Under the pieces are notes generated by a model. That model saw only the letters and a list, made by a program, of their open reading frames with translations, did no database searches and was not told the origin of the DNA. A DNA stretch of 62,288 nucleotides from Thermoplasmatota archaeon (lineage in GTDB: Archaea; Thermoplasmatota; E2; DHVEG-1). Both the position numbers and the translations under genes were made by a program. The stretch covers positions 1-62,288 of the forward strand of contig JAFGML010000025.1 in NCBI GenBank assembly GCA_016927555.1. Reading direction: 5' to 3'. Below, piece by piece: positions 17,190-27,693 of this stretch (position 1 is the first letter of the stretch; each line of letters begins with the position of its first letter).

Positions 17190-18389
17190 TTAAGGGGAAA
17201 CCGGCAGAAAGAAAAACAGCAATAAAAACCCTTTCATGGTCGCTGGGACCTCCTCGACAGACACGTTCACCGTCATCAGTCCCACACCACAGATCAGATC
17301 GACGGGGACTATCTCTACCATGTCACCAGCCACAAGCGTAGGAATCGTTCCTTCAAACGACCGTTGCCTGGGCAACAGCAGGACAGCGCCTTCAAACCCG
17401 ACACGCCACTCAAGAGAACTCAGATCCTCCCACCCAGAGTTCTTCACAGACACCGTGACACCAAACCCGCCAGACACGGTGATCTGCACATCAGGGCTCA
17501 CCTCTCCCCATGGCTCCATGAACGGGAAGCGATCCGAACTAACGTTCCCTGGAACCAGATAGGGGGTATCACCAATGCCATCGCCGTTGCCGTCGACACC
17601 GGTGTAATCAGACCAGTAGTTCCCCGCAGACCCGTTGTCCCAAGTGTTGCCTGTCGCATCATACGCATTCCGAGAATTCTCAATGAAATTGTTATGATAC
17701 ACTGTATTCCCACCTGAGGTATCACCAATGAGGATTCCCTCCCAGTAACTCTGTCGAATCGTGTTTCCCACAACAAGATTATCAGTTGATGACCACAGAT
17801 AAATGCCATACCCTCGGTTGTTCACAATACGATTCTCCTCAACCACGTTGTGGGAGCTGTACTCGAGGCGGATCCCATGGTAGTTGTTGTTCGCAATGAT
17901 GTTCCCAGATATCGTGTTGTACGATCCACCGTTCACGTACACCCCGTTCATCCGCTGATTATTCACAATCGTATTCCCCGAGACGGTATTGTCGTTTGAC
18001 AGCACACCGATGCCATAGCACGTCCAGAAATCACCAACATTACTGATGCGAAACCCAGAAACCGACACCCCATTCGCATTGAGAGTAATCGCATAGTGAC
18101 CTCCCTCTATACTCGTCGTATTCCTGTCCTCACCCACAAGAGCAAGGGAAACATTAACTACAATACTTTCATAATACGGCGCTGAGTCATCGTACACAAA
18201 GACGGTATCACCAGCAGACGCGTTGTCCACTGCATCCTGGATACGACTGTAGTTCCCAGGACCAGATCCCCCCACGTACAAAACCCCTGCCAAGGTTGTT
18301 GTAGTCGTTGGCTTTGTTTGCAGCACTGCTGAACTAGACAACCCGCTCATCACGACAAGCAGCGTCACGACCACGACACTACACCGCAC
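17190..18389 (-). CDS. Secreted NosD-like beta-helix protein with C-terminal Ig-like domain
   Basis: YVGGSGPGNYSRIQDAVDNASAGDTVFVY, GI.L..SS.N repeats, GNYWSDYTGVDGNGDGIGDTPY, DRFP. Confidence 0.9.
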   Translation of the reverse strand: MRCSVVVVTLLVVMSGLSSSAVLQTKPTTTTTLAGVLYVGGSGPGNYSRIQDAVDNASAGDTVFVYDDSAPYYESIVVNVSLALVGEDRNTTSIEGGHYAITLNANGVSVSGFRISNVGDFWTCYGIGVLSNDNTVSGNTIVNNQRMNGVYVNGGSYNTISGNIIANNNYHGIRLEYSSHNVVEENRIVNNRGYGIYLWSSTDNLVVGNTIRQSYWEGILIGDTSGGNTVYHNNFIENSRNAYDATGNTWDNGSAGNYWSDYTGVDGNGDGIGDTPYLVPGNVSSDRFPFMEPWGEVSPDVQITVSGGFGVTVSVKNSGWEDLSSLEWRVGFEGAVLLLPRQRSFEGTIPTLVAGDMVEIVPVDLICGVGLMTVNVSVEEVPATMKGFLLLFFFLPVSP

Positions 18390-18522
18390 AAGACCATCTC
18401 CCTTTCATAACACGCATTATACGCAGCTACCCTATATAAAATGTAGCTCTCATGATATTTATAGAATAGAAAGTTTTAAAAACAACTAGGGTGGTTCAGA
18501 GTCAACAAAGGAAAGAGGGACC

Positions 18523-18972
18523 ATGGCTACCACACGCTCGTCAGAGGAGGAAGAGACACTCAAGCACCGGTACCTCACCGTGTCCAAAATCTTGCTCCTC
18601 ATCACCATGATGTACATCATCTGGATCGCCTTGCTCCTCATTGGAAGCTTCACTCTGAAGCTCGCAGGAGACTGGGCGGTGCTCACCCTTGAGCAGTGGG
18701 TGCTGTCTGCCATCGCCCTGCTCAGCATCGTCATTGTCATTGAAGTCCTCTTTCTTCTGCACCACATGGTGCTCCAACAGCACCAAGGGAAACCGAAGAA
18801 AACGCGCCAGCCAGCATACCTCAAAGGAAAACAAGTCCACACCATCACACTCCCGCTTGGCGCACAGGGAGGGATCTTCAGTAAAACCTTCATTGCTATT
18901 GACGACCACCGTGTGCTGAACCTCCGCTACCAGATGATCCCACCCTCGGACCTCTGGGGGACACAACGGTAA
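18523..18972 (+). CDS. Membrane protein (2 TM plus soluble C-terminus), unknown function
   Basis: RBS gaggga; two long hydrophobic helices; oligo-T downstream. Confidence 0.75.
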   Translation: MATTRSSEEEETLKHRYLTVSKILLLITMMYIIWIALLLIGSFTLKLAGDWAVLTLEQWVLSAIALLSIVIVIEVLFLLHHMVLQQHQGKPKKTRQPAYLKGKQVHTITLPLGAQGGIFSKTFIAIDDHRVLNLRYQMIPPSDLWGTQR

Positions 18973-18980
18973 AAACATTT

Positions 18981-20078
18981 TTATTTTTTCGCCATCCCCA
19001 GCTCTGTCAACTTCTCAGGGAGATAGGTGTCTGTCACGTAGTCAAGCCCGTACTTCGCTAACGCCTGCTGCTCTGATTTCTTCCCCAGGGACAGCTGCAG
19101 CTTGATCTCATGCTTCCAGAACTGATCCTGGAACCGCGGGTCATCCAGCTCGCTCTTCAACGCTGCGACATCCTCAGTCGTCAGCGTATCCGTCGGCAGC
19201 TTGTAGTTCTCAATGTCTGAGGGAGTCACCCCGAGGTACTGCGCAGCAGGTGTCGCGAGGTACTCTGAGATGTGCGCTGTTTTGATCGCGCCATAGGCGA
19301 CACTGCCGTAAATCCTGAAGCTCCAGGGGTCACAATCTGTGAACACGAGCACCGGCAGCTTCTTTTCCTCATTGAGCCGTTTGATGAACCGTCGTGTCGA
19401 CCGCGCCGGCTGACCCTTGAGGTGCACCAGGACGGCCCTGTAGTCAGTATCAAACCCGTTCTCCACCAACCGGTCGAACATACCACCGGTCTCTATCGCT
19501 ACAATGAAATCAGCATCAACCTGCTTAAACGACAGCTTCTCCTTCTCCACATTGTAGGGAATGCCGTAGCCTGCGTCACCAACATCGTCCTGACAGTGTA
19601 TCTTCTTCTTCGTGTTGTTCCGCGTGACCTCCTCAACAACGAGGTTCCCCATCACCCGTGCGCCATCCTCCTCAGGCCGCAGCTTGAAATCCTCCCTCAT
19701 ACACCCAGTGATGACCTCAAGATCCTCAGCAAGCAAGTCTGATTCGTTCTGACTGCTGAACTTCCCAAGGTTCCACCCCTCAGAAATGTAGTACGTCTCT
19801 CTGAGGGTCGACGACTTCTTGTCCTTAATCATATCTTTGATGAAGTCCACCATGTACATCGTCCGCAGCAGCATGTACGCGCCATCAAGCGAACTGGCTG
19901 CCCGCTGGGTCTTGTTCTTCCCATACTTCCAGACGTTGAGCCGGTCATCAAACTTGATGTTTGCTTTCGTCCGCGTTGACAGTTGCAACGCTGGGATCTC
20001 CGCCTGCTCAAGGTCAGCGTACACCTTTGCTGCAATCGAATCTATTTTTGTTATCACATTGGTGTAATCACGTGCCAT
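18981..20078 (-). CDS. top6A: DNA topoisomerase VI subunit A
   Basis: STLRETYY (catalytic Tyr region), TOPRIM AIETGG and FTDCDPW; start placed at MARDY. Confidence 0.96.
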   Translation of the reverse strand: MARDYTNVITKIDSIAAKVYADLEQAEIPALQLSTRTKANIKFDDRLNVWKYGKNKTQRAASSLDGAYMLLRTMYMVDFIKDMIKDKKSSTLRETYYISEGWNLGKFSSQNESDLLAEDLEVITGCMREDFKLRPEEDGARVMGNLVVEEVTRNNTKKKIHCQDDVGDAGYGIPYNVEKEKLSFKQVDADFIVAIETGGMFDRLVENGFDTDYRAVLVHLKGQPARSTRRFIKRLNEEKKLPVLVFTDCDPWSFRIYGSVAYGAIKTAHISEYLATPAAQYLGVTPSDIENYKLPTDTLTTEDVAALKSELDDPRFQDQFWKHEIKLQLSLGKKSEQQALAKYGLDYVTDTYLPEKLTELGMAKK

Positions 20079-20082
20079 ACTC

Positions 20083-22020
20083 TTAGTCACCCTCCCATTT
20101 GTCAGCACCAATCACAAACGACGGATTGATGTTCTGCACATACAAATCATTCTCATCAAAATCACCTTTGTTGATGCCAGCCAGCTCATAGGTGACATCG
20201 ATTTTTTTCGTAGGCTCTATACTCTCAAGCGACCACTTGAGGTACGAATCAGTCACCTTGGTTGGTTTCGGATGCACCTCACCGACCACCGCGCCCTTCG
20301 GATACAAGGCGTACAAGTTGAACTTCTGCGGCTTACTCTTGTAGTTCACCACCATAATCGTACTTTTGGCTATCCATCCCCCGCTCTCTGCTTGACCTGT
20401 TGGATTCGACACGTTTAGTTTCGTCTGCACAGGTCTTCCCCGTACTTTTTCGTACTCAACCACATCTTCAATCCACACGACATCCATGATTCGCGTAATC
20501 ACTTTTTCCAGAGACGGCACAGGTTTGTTGAGCATATGAGCGGATTTCTTCGCAATCTCAGGTAAAATCTTCGTAATGAGATCAAATTTCTCCCGGGTTT
20601 TCACCCGACGGACTTTCTTGTTGATATGCGTCTGCACCTTGCGTGCGACTTCCCGGAACGCCAGGCGAATCTCGTTTTCAATTTCCTCAACATCCGCAAT
20701 TGCCTCCTTGCTCTCCGATGTGTATGGAATCTGCGTGGAAGCAACGTGGGTGAGAAAGATAGCAGGCCCCACAGGGACTCCGGTGCCAGATGGTTGGTCG
20801 AAGCCGTACCGGCGCCAATCAATTGATGCAATCGCAGTCGTCACTGCACAATCACCCTGCTGGTACAACAACGGGATGCGGTTTGCGAACCGCAGGATTC
20901 TGACGGGTTTATCCTTCGGTAAGTTCCCCCCGTACACAATCCCTACCTCGACGACAAAGGGATTCCCTGAGAACACTGAGGCGGGCCGTGATGCCGTAAA
21001 AATAAACTCTGGTGAGATCTCCTGGGTCTCACTCTTCAAGCTCCGACGAATCAACGTCTCACCAATCGGAGACAGACACTCCGTGGGTGGCGCCATGATT
21101 TTCACTTTCTTAAACGCCTGATGCACAGCAAAGAATTGATCACGGGACATCTGTTGAGGATTCGTATTCCTATCGAGTTGTGCCATCTCACAGACTGCAT
21201 TGACGGTTCGATCACCCATGCTGGAAAACTCGTTTTTCAAAAACGATGCCAGCTTGCGCGCATTGGTCTGCTTCGCCATTTTAATGAGCGTGCCAAGCTC
21301 GATGCCATACGGATGCGGCTTGATCTCCTCGCTCTTCTTAGGGAGCGCATCAGCGGTGCGCTCAAAGGTATGCTCTGTCCCATCTGCTTCCTTGAACACA
21401 ATGCGTGCATGCGGATTGACAATCGAGGTGCTCTGCAGATACTCGTACACGAAGCGCTTCCCACGTTTATAATCAGCTTTAATGCTCACCTCAATACGTG
21501 TGCCTGAGGGTTTGTCCCAGTGGATGATCTGTTGATGTTGGATTTCCCCACGGTTCTTATTGGTATCAATAGCAAGCTCGACAGCCACGGCAGGATGATC
21601 ATTTGCAATCTTTGAGGTGATCTTCGCATGTTTCCCTGTTGTCAACTGGCCGTAGAGCACGACAGCGGAGATACCGATGCCCTGCTGCCCACGACTCTGT
21701 CGTACCGCATGGAAACGAGATCCGTAGAGTAACCGTGCGAATACGTGCGGGATTTGCTGCTTGATGATCCCTGGGCCGTTGTCCTCAACAATAATGATGC
21801 ATTCTTCTTCATGTGGATTCTGGATTTCCACATACAGGTCTGGGAGGATTCCTGATTCCTCACACGCATCCAGGCCATTGTCCACAGCTTCTTTCACACT
21901 CGTGATGAGTGCACGTGTCGGGTTACCAAATCCGAGGATGTGTTTATTGCGTTCAAAGAACTCAGCGACAGAGATTTCTTTTTGTTTTTTTGCTAGCTCA
22001 TAGGCGATTGCTTCGGGCAA
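20083..22020 (-). CDS. top6B: DNA topoisomerase VI subunit B
   Basis: GHKL motifs [29 protein letters not shown]; [10 protein letters not shown]; TTG start after ggaggg. Confidence 0.96.
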   Translation of the reverse strand: MPEAIAYELAKKQKEISVAEFFERNKHILGFGNPTRALITSVKEAVDNGLDACEESGILPDLYVEIQNPHEEECIIIVEDNGPGIIKQQIPHVFARLLYGSRFHAVRQSRGQQGIGISAVVLYGQLTTGKHAKITSKIANDHPAVAVELAIDTNKNRGEIQHQQIIHWDKPSGTRIEVSIKADYKRGKRFVYEYLQSTSIVNPHARIVFKEADGTEHTFERTADALPKKSEEIKPHPYGIELGTLIKMAKQTNARKLASFLKNEFSSMGDRTVNAVCEMAQLDRNTNPQQMSRDQFFAVHQAFKKVKIMAPPTECLSPIGETLIRRSLKSETQEISPEFIFTASRPASVFSGNPFVVEVGIVYGGNLPKDKPVRILRFANRIPLLYQQGDCAVTTAIASIDWRRYGFDQPSGTGVPVGPAIFLTHVASTQIPYTSESKEAIADVEEIENEIRLAFREVARKVQTHINKKVRRVKTREKFDLITKILPEIAKKSAHMLNKPVPSLEKVITRIMDVVWIEDVVEYEKVRGRPVQTKLNVSNPTGQAESGGWIAKSTIMVVNYKSKPQKFNLYALYPKGAVVGEVHPKPTKVTDSYLKWSLESIEPTKKIDVTYELAGINKGDFDENDLYVQNINPSFVIGADKWEGD

Positions 22021-22276
22021 AACTCTCCCTCCGTTGTAGACTGGTATGGCATCCGCTAACGGTAATACAGAAGACTATTATAAAATTATTGCACACTCAT
22101 AAATATACATGTTTTTTATATATTGGGAAAATAACTCCTACAATTTACAACATTAAGAAGAAACTCTTATATCAATTAAGGAGATGTTAAAAACTCCAGT
22201 TTGGTGGTATGGCCTTTGAAATGTAAGATAAAATTATAATAGAAATATTTATATAATATTAATATAATAATGATGT

Positions 22277-23155
22277 ATGAAAATAAAAGCAGTTGTCGTG
22301 ATACTAGTTATTTTCGTTCCAAGTCTGTCGATTTCGACGGTTGCTCAATCAGATTTTACTCCGTCTTCTAATGAAACCGCAACATATAAAAATATTCAAT
22401 GCCTGCATAAATCTATATCAACCGAAAACATTACTGGCTTAGATCGAACCAACACCTCTTTTGACTTGGAAGTCAATGCTATTGCCTGGGAGTCACCAAT
22501 ACCACTACGAGAGAAACTTATGGGTCTTCGAGATTTTCCTCGTATTTGGTTATGCGATTCCTATCTATGCTTGCAAGTATTAATCGTAAAGAATGGCACT
22601 TATACTCCCCCGCAAGGGAGTTATTTCCTTCTCAACGTCACCATTATCTATATTGATAACACTGAAGTTCAGATAGAGAGTAGCAAACACTGGGCACATG
22701 ACCCCTGGTGGGTCTCAACACTTGACCAGATATTAAGTCTAACATCGGTAGATCCTTTCAAGGAACGTCTCGCGGTACGTATAGAGATAAATTGCAGCGT
22801 ACCTGAAAATAGTACATCAAATAATGTCGTAATAGCGCCGATACGTCCCGGAGTCACCATTCAAGGATGTGTTAGGTATAAGGCTGGAATCTTACGATTA
22901 AAACGACCTGTTGACGATGCAATAGTAACCGTATTAGCCGACGAAAATCATTTTGATGACACATATTGGTGGGAATGGACTGACGATAGCATACTATCCA
23001 AGGGATATTATTGTGTATATGCACCAATCACTAAGAATTTTTCACCATATCAGTTTCAGGTCACTGCAGAAAATGATTCAACAGCTAAAACAAAAACTGT
23101 TTGGATTCTAGATAGGTCTATACCAAAAACAAAAAATTTCGTACTTGTCGAATAA
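22277..23155 (+). CDS. AT-rich secreted hypothetical protein
   Basis: Signal peptide MKIKAVVVILVIF; beta-rich; clearly lower GC than flanking genes. Confidence 0.7.
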   Translation: MKIKAVVVILVIFVPSLSISTVAQSDFTPSSNETATYKNIQCLHKSISTENITGLDRTNTSFDLEVNAIAWESPIPLREKLMGLRDFPRIWLCDSYLCLQVLIVKNGTYTPPQGSYFLLNVTIIYIDNTEVQIESSKHWAHDPWWVSTLDQILSLTSVDPFKERLAVRIEINCSVPENSTSNNVVIAPIRPGVTIQGCVRYKAGILRLKRPVDDAIVTVLADENHFDDTYWWEWTDDSILSKGYYCVYAPITKNFSPYQFQVTAENDSTAKTKTVWILDRSIPKTKNFVLVE

Positions 23156-23407
23156 AAATACAACGCTATACCTTTGCCAACTAACACTTTTTTTTTATAC
23201 TTGTTATTTTTGATTCGACTTAACGAACGCAGTCCGTCCTAGTTGACCGAGAGGAATAGACAACTCTCCTTGTTATTAGGGATTATTTCAACGGTGATAT
23301 ATTACGTGCTAAGTTAATAATGTAGAACTACAGCTAAACCAAACAATTTATAAAGAAAAATCTACTCTGCCCTCTGAAAAACTCACCTCCTGAGAAGGAC
23401 ACCATCT

Positions 23408-26125
23408 ATGACCGACTACGACCAGAAAGCATTCGAACAGAAATGGCAGCAGCAATGGCAGGACATGAAGCTGTACCATTTCGATTTCCACAGCAAGAAA
23501 AAACCGTACAGTATCGATGTACCACCACGCTACGCCTCAGGGCCGCTCCACGCAGGCCACGCGGTGCACTACACCCACATTGATTTTGCAGCACGGTACA
23601 AACGGATGCGAGGCTACAACGTGTTTTTCCCCTTATGTTTCGATGTCAACGGCATCCCCATTGAAGAACGAGTCGAACGGCAACTCAACATCACCCGCAA
23701 GGATATTGACCGCCATGAGTTCACCAAGCTCTGCTCAGAGTTCGCACAAAAGAACATCGCGACCATGACCGAGCAGTTCATCAGACTAGGGGAAAGCATG
23801 GACCCTAGCATCTACTACCAGACCGACGCGGAGTACTACCGCAGAATCACCCAGATATCATTTCTCGAATTATTCAACAAAGGCCACATCTACAAAGGAG
23901 AATTCCCCGTGAACTGGTGCCCCCGTTGCATGACCGCGATGGCAGACGCTGAGGTTGTGTACAGCGACCGGACCACCAAACTTAACACGATAAAATTCTA
24001 TTTCACAAAAAAACAGGATGAGCAACTCCTCAAGTTCCATGGCATCGGAAAAGACCCGCAGGGGATGTACCTGGAGATAGCGACTACCAGGCCAGAGATG
24101 CTTGCTGCGTGTCAGATCGTCGCAGTCCATCCCACAGATGAACGCGCCGCTTGGCTCCTCGATCAAACTGTGAAAGTCCCGACTGTAGACAAAGAAGTCA
24201 AAATCGTTGCAGACGACGCGGTGGACCCCGAGTTTGGCACTGGTGTCGTCATGATTTGCACCGTGGGAGACAAAGAGGATCTCAACTGGGTCTTCAAGTA
24301 CAAACTCCCCCTAGAAATGAGCATTGACGAAGAAGGAAAAATGACTGCGATTACCGGTAAATACCAGGGGATGAAAATCGAGGATGCCCGCGCAGCCATC
24401 ATCAAGGACATGACTGCTGATAAACTTCTATTGAAACAAGAGCCGCTTGCTCAGAACGTTGGCGTCTGCTGGCGCTGCAAGACACCTGTCGAGTTCATCA
24501 ACGCCAGACAATGGTTCCTGAAAACTATCCCGTTCAAACAACTGGTACTGGACGCAAGCAATTCAATGCACTGGTTCCCCGAATTCATGAAGATACGACT
24601 CGAAGACTGGGTTAACTCCCTGGAGTGGGACTGGGTGATCAGCAGACAACGCTACTTCGCCACTCCAATACCTCTGTGGGAGTGCGCATCCTGTGGAGAG
24701 GTCGTCCTTGCACGAGAAGAAGACTGCTACATTGACCCTACGATTGACCAACCACCAGTACCTCGGTGTCCAAAATGCGGTGGCACACTCAAAGGCTGCG
24801 AAGACGTCTTTGACACCTGGATGGATTCCTCGATCTCACCGTTGTATAACACTTTTTGGCGCCGAGATGATCACAAGTTCAAAACCCTCTATCCGATGTC
24901 CCTTCGTCCGCAGGCCCATGACATCATCCGCACCTGGGCGTTCTACACCATCTTACGCTGCACCCTATTAACCGATAAAAAGCCGTTCGACGATATCATG
25001 ATGGGCGGTTTCATCCTCTCCGAGGACGGCACCCCGATGCACGCCAGCCTCGGCAACGTCATCGATCCGCTCGGCATCATTGATGAGTACGGGACAGACG
25101 CGTTCCGCTGCTACGCAGCCAGCTGCGCCCTGGGCGAAGACAACCCGTTCAGACGCAAAGACGTCGTCCGCGGCACCAAGCTCCTCAGGAAACTGTGGAA
25201 CGTGCAGCAGTTCATCGGCAACATCATCAAGAACCACAAACCACAAAGACCAGAGCACCTCCAGGATATCGACCAGTGGATGCTCACCAAGTACAGCAAA
25301 CTGGTGAGCAAGTGCACAGAGAAGATGGATGCCTTTGAGTACTCTCCCACCATGAAAGACGTCGAGTACTTCCTCTGGCATGAATTCGCAGACCACTACC
25401 TCGAGATGATCAAAGGATCCATCTACAACAAAGAGAACGAAGACAGCATCCGATTCACCCTGTACACCATAGGGTTCGGGCTGCTGAAGCTGTTTGCCCC
25501 GTTCTTCCCTCATCTCACCGAGGAGATCTACTACGATGTCTACAAGCAGTTCGAGACAAGCGACAGTATACACATCAGCTCCTGGCCAGAGCCCATCCTG
25601 GAAGACGATGAAAAGGAACAGTCTGGCGAAGCAGTGAAAATCTATATCGCACAGGTACGCTCCTGGAAAAGCGAGCAGGGCATGGCACTCAACGCCCCTC
25701 TCCCTGCGACCGTGACCTACGCAGCACAAGACCTGATTACGAAGCTGAAAACCAATCACCACATCATCGTTTCTACGCTGAAGTACCCACAGACGCACCA
25801 GTTCATCGCAGGGAAACCAGAGATACAGGAAACCATCACGGCAGTCGAACCGGTGTTTTCGAAACTCGGGCCAGCGTTCAAAACAGACAGCAGCACCATT
25901 GCCAGATGGATTAAAGAGAATCAGGAGAAATGTATCACGATTATTGAATCCAAAGGCGACTTAACACTCTCAGAGATACCAGGCGTGGCAGCAAAGAAAA
26001 AAGAAGGTCTGCTCAAAGCAGGGTACCTCCAAGTGAAACGTGATGCTGGTCTGAAAGGCAAGAAGGACAGCACTGTTCTCTCCTTCGATGGGTTCTACCT
26101 AGAGCTCCAGAGGAAGAAACCATGA
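23408..26125 (+). CDS. valS: Valine--tRNA ligase (archaeal type)
   Basis: PPRYASGPLHAGH (HIGH-like), editing motifs ATTRPE and GTGVVM, DWVISRQRYFATPIP, DTWMDSSISP, QAHDIIRTWAFY; KMSKS position reads PMHAS. Confidence 0.95.
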   Translation: MTDYDQKAFEQKWQQQWQDMKLYHFDFHSKKKPYSIDVPPRYASGPLHAGHAVHYTHIDFAARYKRMRGYNVFFPLCFDVNGIPIEERVERQLNITRKDIDRHEFTKLCSEFAQKNIATMTEQFIRLGESMDPSIYYQTDAEYYRRITQISFLELFNKGHIYKGEFPVNWCPRCMTAMADAEVVYSDRTTKLNTIKFYFTKKQDEQLLKFHGIGKDPQGMYLEIATTRPEMLAACQIVAVHPTDERAAWLLDQTVKVPTVDKEVKIVADDAVDPEFGTGVVMICTVGDKEDLNWVFKYKLPLEMSIDEEGKMTAITGKYQGMKIEDARAAIIKDMTADKLLLKQEPLAQNVGVCWRCKTPVEFINARQWFLKTIPFKQLVLDASNSMHWFPEFMKIRLEDWVNSLEWDWVISRQRYFATPIPLWECASCGEVVLAREEDCYIDPTIDQPPVPRCPKCGGTLKGCEDVFDTWMDSSISPLYNTFWRRDDHKFKTLYPMSLRPQAHDIIRTWAFYTILRCTLLTDKKPFDDIMMGGFILSEDGTPMHASLGNVIDPLGIIDEYGTDAFRCYAASCALGEDNPFRRKDVVRGTKLLRKLWNVQQFIGNIIKNHKPQRPEHLQDIDQWMLTKYSKLVSKCTEKMDAFEYSPTMKDVEYFLWHEFADHYLEMIKGSIYNKENEDSIRFTLYTIGFGLLKLFAPFFPHLTEEIYYDVYKQFETSDSIHISSWPEPILEDDEKEQSGEAVKIYIAQVRSWKSEQGMALNAPLPATVTYAAQDLITKLKTNHHIIVSTLKYPQTHQFIAGKPEIQETITAVEPVFSKLGPAFKTDSSTIARWIKENQEKCITIIESKGDLTLSEIPGVAAKKKEGLLKAGYLQVKRDAGLKGKKDSTVLSFDGFYLELQRKKP

Positions 26126-26229
26126 GGCTCAATAAGAAAACCTTACGAGCCTGGGGGCTCAAGATCATCGTCATCCTCATCGTCTTATTCATGATCTTTA
26201 CCGGGTTTTCCGTCGTCCTCTGGAAGTAA
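26122..26229 (+). CDS. 35-aa single-TM microprotein coupled to valS (not in ORF track)
   Basis: ATGA overlap with the valS stop; MRLNKKTLRAWGLKIIVILIVLFMIFTGFSVVLWK*; followed by oligo-T. Confidence 0.6.
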   Translation: MRLNKKTLRAWGLKIIVILIVLFMIFTGFSVVLWK

Positions 26230-26304
26230 CACCTTTTTTTTTCATAAATCGAAAGACATTTAATCCACTTGTCTTTGAGGGAGAAGACATTGAAAGGTGT
26301 ACCT

Positions 26305-27645
26305 ATGGTAGAAACAACACCACCAGCACAGAAGCAGACTCCAGAGAAGACCATGAATCGATGGATCATCGTCATCGGTGGCATCCTCATCCAGCTCGCC
26401 TTAGGTGCTATCTACGCATGGTCCGCATTCACCACTCCACTCCAAGGGACCGCCACTGCTCCCAGCGATTTTGGATTCACCAAAACAGAGACCCAGGCGA
26501 TCTTCAGCGCAGGGCTGCTGTTCTTTGCGATTTTCACGATCATCGGTGGTCGATTACAACTCAAATACGGACCCATGAAAGTCGCTCTTCTTGGTGGCGT
26601 GCTCCTTGGTCTTGGTTACATCCTTGCCAGCTTCACCGGTGCGAACTTCATGGGAAAACTACTCAGCATTGGCATGATAGCAGGATCAGGCATCGGACTT
26701 GCCTACGTCGTTCCCATCGCCACCGGTGTGAAGTGGTTCCCTGACAAAAAAGGACTTGTCAGTGGACTAGCGGTCGCTGGCTTTGGCTTTGGGGCATTCA
26801 TCTGGATACTCATCGCTAACCCACCAAGTATCTTAGGATTCAACGGTTTAATCACCCAATATACCGTCGCCATTGTCGATCGAGCATTCCTCATCTACGG
26901 GATCGCTTTCCTCGTTCTCGTCATCCTTGGTTCCCTGGTGATGAAAAACCCACCAGCAGGATGGAAGCCAAAGGGATGGACCCCTCCTGCTGCGGATGCA
27001 ACTGGTAAAAAAACCACTATGAATTGCAAACCCCGTGAGATGTGCACCAAAAAAGAATTCTACCTGCTCTGGACGATGTTCTTCATCGGGGCACTTGCAG
27101 GCTTAATGGTGATTGGCAATGTGCAGAACTTCGCCAAAAGTCCGACTGATGGGTTCACTGCATACGGGTTTGGTGCGCAGGAAGCAGTTGATTTTGCGGT
27201 GCTTGGAGCCGCGATTTGTCTACCGATTTTCAATGGCGCAGGACGCATCATCTGGGGTCAAATCTCTGATAAGATCGGACGGCGGAAGGCGCTGCTGTCC
27301 ATGTTTCTCTTCCAAGGAGTCATGATGGTTATCTTCTTCTACACGACCACGAATCCGTATTTCTTCTACATCGTCGCAGCACTGATCGGTTTTAACTTCG
27401 GTGGGAACTTCGCCCTCTTCCCCGCAGCATGCGCTGATTCCTTTGGTGCGGAGAACCTTGGGTTGAACTACGGGTTCATCTTCACCAGCTACGGCATCGG
27501 CGGTATCGCAGGCCCACTGCTTGCTGGGTATGTCCAGGATGCACAAATGAGCTTCCTGTTCGCGTTCCTCCCTGCAGCAGTGATGTGCTTCATCGCTGCT
27601 GGACTCGCCATCATCTACAGAGAAACCACGCTAAAAGCAGCATAG
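26305..27645 (+). CDS. MFS transporter, oxalate/formate antiporter (OFA) family
   Basis: LGAIYAWSAF, GSGIGLAY, KWFPDKKGLVSGLAVAGFG, NGAGRIIWGQISDKIGR, FGAENLGLNYG. Confidence 0.9.
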   Translation: MVETTPPAQKQTPEKTMNRWIIVIGGILIQLALGAIYAWSAFTTPLQGTATAPSDFGFTKTETQAIFSAGLLFFAIFTIIGGRLQLKYGPMKVALLGGVLLGLGYILASFTGANFMGKLLSIGMIAGSGIGLAYVVPIATGVKWFPDKKGLVSGLAVAGFGFGAFIWILIANPPSILGFNGLITQYTVAIVDRAFLIYGIAFLVLVILGSLVMKNPPAGWKPKGWTPPAADATGKKTTMNCKPREMCTKKEFYLLWTMFFIGALAGLMVIGNVQNFAKSPTDGFTAYGFGAQEAVDFAVLGAAICLPIFNGAGRIIWGQISDKIGRRKALLSMFLFQGVMMVIFFYTTTNPYFFYIVAALIGFNFGGNFALFPAACADSFGAENLGLNYGFIFTSYGIGGIAGPLLAGYVQDAQMSFLFAFLPAAVMCFIAAGLAIIYRETTLKAA

Positions 27646-27659
27646 CGAAAAGAAAGATG

Positions 27660-27693
27660 CGGTTGTCACCCTCAACCGTCATTTTTTTTTTTT
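27660..27693 (+). terminator. Hairpin plus T12 terminator between convergent genes
   Basis: cggttg-tcaccct-caaccg stem followed by a T12 run; A-rich on the upstream side. Confidence 0.65.

Noticed and set aside
20576-21507. Plus-strand ORFs of 181 and 128 aa inside top6B
   Set aside because: Antisense shadows with no recognisable domain.
24968-25798. 276-aa ORF antisense to valS
   Set aside because: Shadow frame of a GC-rich conserved gene; no motifs, RBS or promoter.
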